Shown here: positions 1 through 7,577 of the stretch, in pieces
Position numbering within the stretch: position 1 is the stretch's first letter
How the letters are laid out: every line of letters starts with the position of its first letter
DNA from: an uncultured Clostridia bacterium
Lineage (GTDB): Bacteria; Bacillota; Clostridia; Christensenellales; Borkfalkiaceae
Reading direction: 5' to 3'
DNA length: 64,000 nt
NCBI GenBank assembly: GCA_947629535.1
Contig: CANREC010000002.1
Coordinates: 265 to 64,264 of the forward strand
Position numbers and translations under genes: made by a program
The notes under the pieces: generated by a model
Told to the model about the DNA's origin: nothing
What the model saw: only the letters and a program-made list of their open reading frames with translations
Database searches by the model: none

Positions 1-767
1 AGGAGATGCTCGACCGCATCCATTCGAGGAGCAAGACGGTCAAGATCGCGCTCTGCGGCAAATACGTTCAGCTCCATGACGCATACCTCTCCGTCGCCGA
101 GGCATTGGCGCACGGCGGGTATGAATCGGACGCAAACGTCGAGATCAAATGGGTGGATACCGAAAAACTGACGCAGAAGAACCTTGCGCAGGAGCTCGGC
201 GACGTCCACGGCATCCTCATCCCGGGCGGATTCGGCGTGCGCGGCATCGAGGGCAAAGTTCTCGCCTGTAAGTATGCGCGGGAGCGGAACATTCCCTATC
301 TCGGGATCTGCCTCGGCATGCAGATCGCAGTCATCGAGTACGCGCGGAACGTTCTGAAACTTCCCGAGGCCAACTCCTCCGAATTCTTCCCCGAGGGGAA
401 ACATTCCGTCATCGACCTCATGCCCGACCAATACGGCGTGAAGATGGGGGGAACGATGCGGCTCGGCGCCTATCCCTGCGTCGTCCTCGGCAAACAGATG
501 AAGGCGGCCTACGGATGCGAGTTCATCCGTGAAAGGCACCGCCACCGTTTTGAATTCAACAACGACTACCGTGCGGCGATCGAGAAGGCGGGCATGACGA
601 TCGCAGGCACTTCCCCCGATGGGACGCTCTGTGAGGCCGTCGAGCTCGACAAGAACGATTTCTTTATCGGCGTGCAGTTCCATCCCGAATTCAAGTCCCG
701 TCCCAATGCGGCGCACCCGCTGTTCCGTGAATTTGTCCGCGCAGCCGTCCGCCATCAGGAAAAATAA
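1..767 (+). CDS. pyrG: CTP synthase, C-terminal glutamine amidotransferase half (5' end lies outside the window)
   Basis: Frame is open from the window edge. Class-I GATase motifs LGICLGMQ and HRHRFEFN are present, with a typical PyrG C-terminus. Confidence 0.9.
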   Translation, partial: EMLDRIHSRSKTVKIALCGKYVQLHDAYLSVAEALAHGGYESDANVEIKWVDTEKLTQKNLAQELGDVHGILIPGGFGVRGIEGKVLACKYARERNIPYLGICLGMQIAVIEYARNVLKLPEANSSEFFPEGKHSVIDLMPDQYGVKMGGTMRLGAYPCVVLGKQMKAAYGCEFIRERHRHRFEFNNDYRAAIEKAGMTIAGTSPDGTLCEAVELDKNDFFIGVQFHPEFKSRPNAAHPLFREFVRAAVRHQEK

Positions 768-769
768 CA

Positions 770-1960
770 ATGAAGATCAACCGCAATTTCTTAAATCTGA
801 AAGATTCTTACCTCTTTGCGACCGTCGGGGCCAAGACGGCCGCCTATCGGAAGGCTCATCCCGAAAAGGAGATCATCCGTCTCTCCATCGGCGACGTTAC
901 GCGTCCGCTCGCGCCCGCCGTCATCGGCGCCATGCACAAGGCAGTCGACGATATGGCGAGGAGGGAGACCTTTAAGGGCTATGCGCCCGACCAGACCTGC
1001 TACGGCTATGACGCTCTTCTCGATTCCATCCTCGGGAGCTATGCGCGGAAGGGGGTCACCCTCGAAAAGGGGGACATCTTCATTTCCGACGGCGCAAAAT
1101 CGGACTGCGGCAACATCCTCGACATCCTCTCGACGGACAACGTCGTCTTGGTGCCCGACCCTGTCTATCCCGTCTATCTCGATACCAACATCATGGCGGG
1201 AAGAAAGATCCTCTTTGCCGACGCGAACGAGGGAAACGGCTTTCTTCCTATGCCCGACAGAACGGTCAAAGCGGACATCGTCTATATCTGTTCGCCCAAC
1301 AACCCGACGGGCGCGGCGTATACGAAGGAACAGCTCAAGGAATGGGTCGCCTATGCGCTCGAGAACGATGCGCTCATCCTCTATGACGCGGCTTACGAAT
1401 ATTTTGTCACCGACGAACGCCTTGCCCGCAGCATCTATCAAGTGGAAGGGGCGAAGGACTGCGCTATCGAGATCTGCTCCTATTCCAAGACGGCGGGCTT
1501 TACGGGCGTCAGATGCGGCTACACCGTCGTTCCGAAACAGCTCGTAAAAGACGGAGCTTCCTTGAACCGCCTCTGGGCGAGAAGGCAGTCCACAAAGTTC
1601 AACGGGACTTCTTACATCACGCAGATGGGGGCAGCGGCCGTTTTTACCGAAGAGGGGGAGAGGCAGATCTCGGAAAGTTTGGATTACTACAGGGGGAACG
1701 CAAAGATCATCTCCGATGTCCTCGATGACCTCGGCATTTGGTACACGGGCGGCAAAAATTCGCCCTATATCTGGATGAAGTGCCCCAACAATATGGACAG
1801 TTGGACCTTCTTCGATCTCCTTTTGGAGAAGGCGAACGTCGTCGGCACACCCGGTTGCGGGTTCGGGAAGAACGGAGAGGGTTTCTTCCGTCTTACCGCC
1901 TTCGGCACCCACGAGAATACGACAGAGGCGATGCGCAGGATCGCAGCGCTCCTGAAATAA
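770..1960 (+). CDS. dapL: LL-diaminopimelate aminotransferase (DapL type)
   Basis: 396 aa. N-terminus MKINRNFLNLKDSYLF and PLP-lysine region SYSKTAGFTGVRCGY match DapL-family aminotransferases. Confidence 0.85.
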   Translation: MKINRNFLNLKDSYLFATVGAKTAAYRKAHPEKEIIRLSIGDVTRPLAPAVIGAMHKAVDDMARRETFKGYAPDQTCYGYDALLDSILGSYARKGVTLEKGDIFISDGAKSDCGNILDILSTDNVVLVPDPVYPVYLDTNIMAGRKILFADANEGNGFLPMPDRTVKADIVYICSPNNPTGAAYTKEQLKEWVAYALENDALILYDAAYEYFVTDERLARSIYQVEGAKDCAIEICSYSKTAGFTGVRCGYTVVPKQLVKDGASLNRLWARRQSTKFNGTSYITQMGAAAVFTEEGERQISESLDYYRGNAKIISDVLDDLGIWYTGGKNSPYIWMKCPNNMDSWTFFDLLLEKANVVGTPGCGFGKNGEGFFRLTAFGTHENTTEAMRRIAALLK

Positions 1961-1969
1961 GAGAAAGTT

Positions 1970-3466
1970 ATGGAGAATCAATCGAAAAGCGCAGGCGTCT
2001 TGTGTCACATCTCTTCCCTTCCCGGGAAGTACGGGATCGGGAATTTGAAGGACGCTGCGAAGTTTGCGCCCATGCTTGCGAGGAACGGCGTCAAGTATTG
2101 GCAAGTTCTGCCCCTCGTGCAGACAGGGTACGGCGACAGTCCGTATCAATCGGTCTCCTGCACGTCGGGGAATCCCTACTTTATCGATCTTGATGAGTTG
2201 GGACGGGCGGGGCTGCTCACACGGAAGGAACTCAAGGACCTCCGCGACCGCTACAAGGGCATGCCCATCGATTACGGCGTCCTCTACAGCGAACGCTATG
2301 CAACGCTGAGGCTCGCCTTTTCCCGTTATGCTTTTGATAACGACGGGTTCCGCGCCTTTGTCAAGAAGGGCGCGTTCGAGGACTATGCCCTGTTCATGAC
2401 TGCAAAGACGGTCTACGGCGGGACCTTTCAGGACTGGGATGAACCTCTGAAACGGCACACGCCCGAGGCGCTCGAGACGCTCCGCACCGAACATCACGAG
2501 GAATATCTCTTTTGGCAGTTCGTGCAGTACATGTTCCGCAAACAGTGGGACGAATTGCATGAGGGCTGTGCGAAACTCGGCATCCGTCTCATCGGCGATA
2601 TCCCGCTCTACGTCGCCTATGACAGCGCGGACGTATGGGCGCACCCCGAGCTCTTCCGCTTGGACGGCGACCTCAAGCCCGTCAAAGTCGCAGGAGTCCC
2701 GCCCGATTATTTCTCGGAGACGGGGCAGCTTTGGGGCAATCCCGTCTATGACTGGAAGGCGCACGCCAAGGAGAACTTTGTTTGGTGGACGGATCGTCTG
2801 CGGGCGGCGCTTTCTACCTATGATCTCGTCCGCATCGACCATTTCCGCGGCATCGACCGTTACTATGAGATCGACGCAGACGCAGAGAACGCCATCGGCG
2901 GAAGGTGGGAAGAGGGGCCCAAGGAACGCCTCTTCGGCGGTATCGGAAGGGAAGAACGCAGTCGCATCATCGCCGAGAATCTCGGTGTTGTCGACGAAGG
3001 CGTATGGTCTCTTCTCAGAAAGACGGGTTTCCGCGGGATGAAAGTCCTGCTCTTTGCCTTCGACGGCAATCCCGATAACGAGTTCCTTCCCAAGAACATT
3101 CCCGCGAACAGCGTCTGCTACACGGGGACGCATGACAACGACACCGTGAAGGGATATGTCGATTCCCTTGCGGCGGAGGATTTCATTCTTCTTCGCGCAA
3201 GGCTCGCGATGGCGCTCGAGGAGAGCGGCGTGGAGATGCGTCTCCGCAAGAACGGAGAAAATTTCCCCGACGCGTTCATCCGCCTCGCCCTCGCCTCGAA
3301 GGCCGAACTTGCGATCATTCCCATACAGGACATTTTGGGGCTCGGGAACGAGGCCCGCATGAACCTTCCAGGGACGCAGGGCGGAAACTGGCTGTATCGT
3401 CTCGAGGGACCCGTCGGGCGTGCTATGGCAAAATACAAAAAATTGATAAAAATTTATCGGAGGTAA
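1970..3466 (+). CDS. malQ: 4-alpha-glucanotransferase (amylomaltase, GH77)
   Basis: 498 aa. Motifs GVLCHISSLPGKYGIG, RIDHFRG and YTGTHDND are present. Confidence 0.9.
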   Translation: MENQSKSAGVLCHISSLPGKYGIGNLKDAAKFAPMLARNGVKYWQVLPLVQTGYGDSPYQSVSCTSGNPYFIDLDELGRAGLLTRKELKDLRDRYKGMPIDYGVLYSERYATLRLAFSRYAFDNDGFRAFVKKGAFEDYALFMTAKTVYGGTFQDWDEPLKRHTPEALETLRTEHHEEYLFWQFVQYMFRKQWDELHEGCAKLGIRLIGDIPLYVAYDSADVWAHPELFRLDGDLKPVKVAGVPPDYFSETGQLWGNPVYDWKAHAKENFVWWTDRLRAALSTYDLVRIDHFRGIDRYYEIDADAENAIGGRWEEGPKERLFGGIGREERSRIIAENLGVVDEGVWSLLRKTGFRGMKVLLFAFDGNPDNEFLPKNIPANSVCYTGTHDNDTVKGYVDSLAAEDFILLRARLAMALEESGVEMRLRKNGENFPDAFIRLALASKAELAIIPIQDILGLGNEARMNLPGTQGGNWLYRLEGPVGRAMAKYKKLIKIYRR

Positions 3467-3471
3467 CTTTT

Positions 3472-4074
3472 ATGGCAGAAAAGAAAGGATTCTTTGCGGA
3501 ATTCAAGGCGTTCATCGCGCGGGGCAATGTCATCGACATGGCCGTCGGCGTGATCATCGGCGGTGCGTTCAGTGCGATCGTCACCGCGCTCACGAACCAG
3601 ATCCTGATGCCCATCATCAACTGGATCCTGTTCGCGATCACGGGCGGTCAAGGTCTTGAGGAAGTCTACACCTATCTGCATCAGGCGTATGTGCTTGATG
3701 AAACGGGCGTGGCGACGACGCAGATCGATCTTGCAAATTCCATCTATATCGACTGGGGCGCTTTCATCACGGCCATCATCAACTTCCTTCTCATTGCCCT
3801 CGTGCTTTTCCTCATCATCAAGGTCATCAACCATGTCCATGAGAATGCCGAAAAGCTCAAGACGGTGTACGATCCTCTGACCAAGGAAGAGGTCAAGGCA
3901 CTCCGCAAGGAAGGAAAATCTTCGGAAGACATCTTGGCAGCCGCAAAGGAAAAGCAGGCCAAGCTCGACGCTGAGGCGGCGGAAGCTGCGGCAAACGCGC
4001 CCGCACCCGCTCCCACGACCGACGAACTTCTGACGCAGATCCGCGACCTTCTTCAGGCGCAGGCGGAGAAATAA
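3472..4074 (+). CDS. mscL: Large-conductance mechanosensitive channel, unusually long (200 aa)
   Basis: N-terminal FKAFIARGNVIDMAVGVIIGGAF signature and two TM helices. It has a long loop and an Ala/Pro/Glu-rich C-terminal tail. SD GGAGG lies upstream. Confidence 0.9.
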   Translation: MAEKKGFFAEFKAFIARGNVIDMAVGVIIGGAFSAIVTALTNQILMPIINWILFAITGGQGLEEVYTYLHQAYVLDETGVATTQIDLANSIYIDWGAFITAIINFLLIALVLFLIIKVINHVHENAEKLKTVYDPLTKEEVKALRKEGKSSEDILAAAKEKQAKLDAEAAEAAANAPAPAPTTDELLTQIRDLLQAQAEK

Positions 4075-4095
4075 ACGGGAGACGCAATAGGCTCA

Positions 4096-4602
4096 ATGGG
4101 ATTTTTCGGTTTCGGAAGAAAAAAGCGCCCGCAGGGTCCCGCATTTGCGGAGGCGGAGCGCCAGATCAGAAAGCTCTGCGATAGTCTTGAGATCAAGGCG
4201 AGCGCAGAGAAAAAGGAAAACGGCGTAAGCTTTGTGTCGACGGATTTTACCGTCCTCAGTCATACCGCCGAGCGGTTTGACGTCGACTATTCCTATTATC
4301 CGAAGAACGGGCATACCAATCTCACCGTCTATGTCTACTTCGGCGAAAAACATGCCACTGAGGAGACCTTGCGGCTCGTCAACGACTTCAATCGCAAGAG
4401 CAGCTATTGGATGGCATGTATCGAGACGGAGACCAACATCCCATATTTGGGATTTGCGGCGTCCGTTTCCGATCCCGACCCCGCGGACATCATGCGCCAT
4501 GTAGATTGGCTCATGCGTTTCTTGCCCGCAACGGGGAACAGGGACGTCTTTTTGCGGCTCCTCGAACCCGACCCGACGGAAGATCCGAAACAGGAGACAT
4601 AG
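4096..4602 (+). CDS. Hypothetical cytoplasmic protein (possible YbjN-like fold, weak call)
   Basis: 168-aa ORF with SD GGGAG upstream, followed by a terminator. No diagnostic motif recognised. Confidence 0.6.
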   Translation: MGFFGFGRKKRPQGPAFAEAERQIRKLCDSLEIKASAEKKENGVSFVSTDFTVLSHTAERFDVDYSYYPKNGHTNLTVYVYFGEKHATEETLRLVNDFNRKSSYWMACIETETNIPYLGFAASVSDPDPADIMRHVDWLMRFLPATGNRDVFLRLLEPDPTEDPKQET

Positions 4603-4621
4603 CGGGAATAATGAAAAATGT

Positions 4622-4649
4622 GAACGGAGTTTCGGCTCCGTTCTTTTTT
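4622..4649 (+). terminator. Rho-independent terminator
   Basis: Stem GAACGGAG (4622-4629) pairs with CTCCGTTC (4636-4643), followed by a T6 run. Confidence 0.75.
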
Positions 4650-4707
4650 CGCAAAAAATCCTGTCACAAAATTTCTCTCTTCCGACTACAATGAACGGGG
4701 AGAGAAT

Positions 4708-5382
4708 ATGCGCATCTGTTTTGTGACAAAGGGGACACTCAGCGAGTTTTCGGATACTTTCGAAGGGGAGACGCCCGAAGTCGTCTGTTTTGGGTTTCAG
4801 GCGATAGGGAAAGTCAGTTATGAGCGTGAACTGAAAGGGGAGACGAGCCTCTTCGAGGACGTCGCCCTGCTCTCCAAGGAGCAAAAAAACGTCGTTGTCT
4901 GCGGCTGTTATACGGACGCACGCGGGCTATTGCGCAAATCCGTCGTCGTCGCCGAGCGGGGCCGCATTTTGGGTGTCACGGACATGGGAAACCGTCTCGA
5001 CGGGGGAGAATACCGCAGCGGCGCGGGGATCAGGATCTTCGATACTTCGGCGGGAAAGCTCGGTCTCGTCGTCGCGGAGGATCTCTACTTCCCGCAAGTC
5101 ATCGAGACGCTTTCCCTCTGCGGAGCCGAAGTGGCGATTGCTGTTTTGGAGGAATTGACCGAGAGCCTTGAACAGACTTTGATGCGTGCACAGGCCTTTT
5201 TTTACGGCATTCCCGTGTGCGTCTGTGCGTTCGGCTATGCCGAGGCGGCGGACATCGGTGGAAAACTCAGCTTTTCTTCCCCGCAGAGCCCTTGTTTCTA
5301 CGACCTTGCACGCGAGCAGGAGTATCATCTCATCGAGACCCGCCGCCGCGGTTTCTACAAAAAGAAAAAAGGCACTTTTTAA
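4708..5382 (+). CDS. Carbon-nitrogen hydrolase (nitrilase-superfamily)-like protein, apparently degenerate active site
   Basis: 224 aa. The segment GKLGLVVAEDLYFPQ aligns to the G..iCyD..FPE nucleophile motif, but Ala replaces the Cys. Confidence 0.6.
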   Translation: MRICFVTKGTLSEFSDTFEGETPEVVCFGFQAIGKVSYERELKGETSLFEDVALLSKEQKNVVVCGCYTDARGLLRKSVVVAERGRILGVTDMGNRLDGGEYRSGAGIRIFDTSAGKLGLVVAEDLYFPQVIETLSLCGAEVAIAVLEELTESLEQTLMRAQAFFYGIPVCVCAFGYAEAADIGGKLSFSSPQSPCFYDLAREQEYHLIETRRRGFYKKKKGTF

Positions 5383-5392
5383 TGCCTTTTTA
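5355..5392. terminator. AT-rich bidirectional hairpin at the end of the CN-hydrolase-like gene
   Basis: AAAAGGCA (5367-5374) pairs with TGCCTTTT (5383-5390). The longer T-run lies on the minus strand (complement of 5355-5366). Confidence 0.45.
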
Positions 5393-5394
5393 CC

Positions 5395-5650
5395 GACTTC
5401 GATGGAGAGAGAGAGGGGGGATAACGACCTCGGTGCCCCTTTTAGGGGGAGCTGTCCTTACGGAACTCCCTCGGGCACAGACAAATGAAATCCTCCTCAT
5501 GATATAAGGCTCAAGAGGACTACCTTGTTCATTCTGAACATTAGCGAAGAATCCCAGCAAACAGGCGGACCCTCGTTAGAGATTCAAAATTGTGGCATGT
5601 GACGTTTGTAATTCATCGTCCAGTCTCACACCCCGCGTCATATTGGGCGT
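5395..5650 (-). ncRNA. Candidate structured ncRNA, family not recognised (strand tentative)
   Basis: 329-nt gap between convergent genes. Closing helix: 5395-5404 pairs with 5614-5625. A GUAA-capped hairpin lies at 5447-5470, enclosed by 5433-5438/5473-5478. Further hairpins at 5527-5539 and 5549-5585. The best flanking terminator is on the minus strand. Confidence 0.35.
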
Positions 5651-5666
5651 AGCAGTTCCGTTCCAC

Positions 5667-5696
5667 ATAAAAACGGCTTGCCGCAGGGCAAGCCGT
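5667..5696 (-). terminator. Rho-independent terminator of degV
   Basis: ACGGCTTGCC (5673-5682) pairs with GGCAAGCCGT (5687-5696), followed by a U-run on the minus strand. Confidence 0.8.
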
Positions 5697-5711
5697 AATT
5701 CATTGTAATTC

Positions 5712-6581
5712 TTATTGTATGGCTCTTGCGCAGGCGATCGCGAGCGCCCCGGGGCCGATGTGGCAGGAGACCGAGAGCGAGAGGGGATCGATATAGGCGA
5801 GGGGGATGTCGGGGAAAGTCTTTTTGACCTCTTCCGCAAATATTTTTGCCTCCGTGTCATCGGCAGTGTATGCGATGAAGAGTTGCATCTCTCCGTTTTG
5901 GACGTACTCTTTGAACCGCGTCGAAAAGTCCTTCTGCATGGCCTCGATCATGACTTCTTTCGCCTTTTTCAGCGTATTGACCTTTTTGAAGGCGTCAAGT
6001 TTCTCGCCCTGAATCTGCAAGACGGGTTTGATCCTCAAGATCGTGCCGATGAGCGCCGCGGCAGGGGTGAGCCTTCCGCCCTTTTTCAGATATTTGAGCG
6101 TATCAAGGGAGATATAGATGCTGCTGTCGAACTTGGTCTTGAGCAGAATTTCCTTGATCTCGGCCGCGCTCTTGCCCTGCTTTGCGAGGGCGATAGCGTC
6201 ATAAACGCTCCGCTTTTGCGTGACAGAGATGCGTTGGTTATCGACGACCTGCACTCTTCCGCCGTAGTCCTTTGCGAGATTTTCCGCCGTATGGCAGGAT
6301 TCCGAAAGCCCGCTCGACATGGGGATGTGTACGATCTCGCTGCCGTCCTTCAGGAGTTCATCCCAAAGGTCTGTGACGTTCCCGATCGCAGGTTGGGACG
6401 TGGATACGTTCGCCTCAGCCTTCAGATGGTCGTAAAATTCCTGTTGCGAAAGGTTGATGTCCTCAAAGTACTCATTGTCATTGATTAGAAAGGGCATCGG
6501 GAGCACAAAGATTCCCAGTTCCTTTGCGTCCTCTTGCGTGATGCCGCTGTTCGAATCAGTGACGATCTTGACATTTGCCAT
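5712..6581 (-). CDS. degV: DegV-family fatty-acid-binding protein
   Basis: MANVKIVTDSNSGITQEDAKELGI is a typical DegV N-terminus. Start moved to the ATG at 6581, which has SD GGAGAG. The tracker's TTG at 6647 falls in the promoter. Confidence 0.88.
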   Translation of the reverse strand: MANVKIVTDSNSGITQEDAKELGIFVLPMPFLINDNEYFEDINLSQQEFYDHLKAEANVSTSQPAIGNVTDLWDELLKDGSEIVHIPMSSGLSESCHTAENLAKDYGGRVQVVDNQRISVTQKRSVYDAIALAKQGKSAAEIKEILLKTKFDSSIYISLDTLKYLKKGGRLTPAAALIGTILRIKPVLQIQGEKLDAFKKVNTLKKAKEVMIEAMQKDFSTRFKEYVQNGEMQLFIAYTADDTEAKIFAEEVKKTFPDIPLAYIDPLSLSVSCHIGPGALAIACARAIQ

Positions 6582-6618
6582 AGTCACTCTCCGAATATTT
6601 ATTTTGTGAACTGATTCT

Positions 6619-6647
6619 ATTATATCCAAAAAACGGAAAAAAGTCAA
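6619..6647 (-). promoter_or_regulatory. sigmaA-type promoter of degV
   Basis: On the minus strand: TTGACT, 17 nt, TATAAT. Confidence 0.6.
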
Positions 6648-6696
6648 GGATTTGACGATATATCGCCGAGAAATTTCGCCCGTTTTTCGGGAAAGG

Positions 6697-6725
6697 TTGA
6701 CTTTTTTCTTCCCTCATGATAAGAT
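6697..6725 (+). promoter_or_regulatory. Promoter of nfnA, predicted leaderless transcript
   Basis: TTGACT, 17 nt, TGaTAAGAT. The ATG at 6732 lies only 6 nt after the -10, with no SD. Confidence 0.55.
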
Positions 6726-6731
6726 AAAGAC

Positions 6732-7577
6732 ATGTATCGCATTCTCACGAGAAGAAAACTCAACCAAAATGTCACCATGATCGAAGTCGAGGCGCCCCGC
6801 ATCGCCCAAAAGGCGTTGGCGGGACAATTCATCATTCTCCGCGTCGATGAACGGGGAGAACGCATCCCGCTCACGATCGCGGGGACGGATATCGGCAGGG
6901 GAGCCGTTGCCGTCATCTTTCAGGTCGTCGGCGGAACGACCATGGCGCTCGATCAAAAGGGAGAGGGGGAGTTCCTCTCCGATTTTGTCGGGCCGCTCGG
7001 CAATCCGACGGATGTGGAGGGCGTGAAGAGGGCGATCGTCGTCGGCGGCGGAGTGGGCTGCGCCATCGCTCTTCCCGTTGCGGGAAGGCTGAAGGAGATC
7101 GGGGCCGAGGTGCATACCGTCATCGGATTCCGCAGCAGGGAGTTCGTGATCCTCGAAGAGGAATTCAGAGCGCTCTCGGACAAATTTTCCCTGACGACGG
7201 ACGACGGGAGCTATGGCGAAAAGGGCAATGTCTGCATTCCGCTGAAACGCCTGCTCGAAGAGGGCGGGTATGACGCTGTCTATACGATCGGCCCGCTCGC
7301 CATGATGAAATACACGGCGCTCACAACGAAACCGTACAATGTCAGGACGGTCGCGAGCATGGATCCCATCATGATCGACGGGACAGGCATGTGCGGCTGC
7401 TGCCGCGTGACCGTGGATGGCGTGACTAAGTTTGCCTGTGTGGACGGTCCCGATTTCGACGCGCAAAAGATCGATTTCGACGAAACGATGCAGCGGAACC
7501 GCGCCTATCTCGGCTTTGAGGCGACGATGCGCGAGAAACATTGCAATCTCTTCAAGAAGGAGGGGACAGATGTATAA
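6732..7577 (+). CDS. nfnA: Ferredoxin-NADP+ reductase-like subunit (NfnA / PyrK-like, FAD + 2Fe-2S)
   Basis: 281 aa. It has a PyrK-like fold signature and the C-terminal cluster motif GMCGCCRVTVDG..FACVDGP. Confidence 0.8.
   Translation: MYRILTRRKLNQNVTMIEVEAPRIAQKALAGQFIILRVDERGERIPLTIAGTDIGRGAVAVIFQVVGGTTMALDQKGEGEFLSDFVGPLGNPTDVEGVKRAIVVGGGVGCAIALPVAGRLKEIGAEVHTVIGFRSREFVILEEEFRALSDKFSLTTDDGSYGEKGNVCIPLKRLLEEGGYDAVYTIGPLAMMKYTALTTKPYNVRTVASMDPIMIDGTGMCGCCRVTVDGVTKFACVDGPDFDAQKIDFDETMQRNRAYLGFEATMREKHCNLFKKEGTDV

Noticed and set aside
791-3133. 780-aa ORF on the minus strand spanning dapL and malQ
   Set aside because: It lies antisense to two genes with clear family motifs. Its product is Arg/Gly/Asp/Pro-rich low complexity, and it has no SD. 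This is the usual stop-poor antisense frame of GC-rich coding DNA.
5395-5650. tmRNA, RNase P RNA, SRP RNA, 6S RNA, glmS ribozyme or group II intron domain V identity for the intergenic element
   Set aside because: A GGGGUGUGAGACUGG string superficially resembles a tmRNA 5' end. However, there is no complementary ...ACACCCCACCA 3' end, no T-arm GGTTCGA-type loop and no ...LAA tag frame. There is no GAGGAAAGUCC (RNase P P4), no GGAAGCAGC (SRP helix 8) and no rod-like 6S fold. The GUAA hairpin is too short for domain V. It is kept only as an unassigned candidate.
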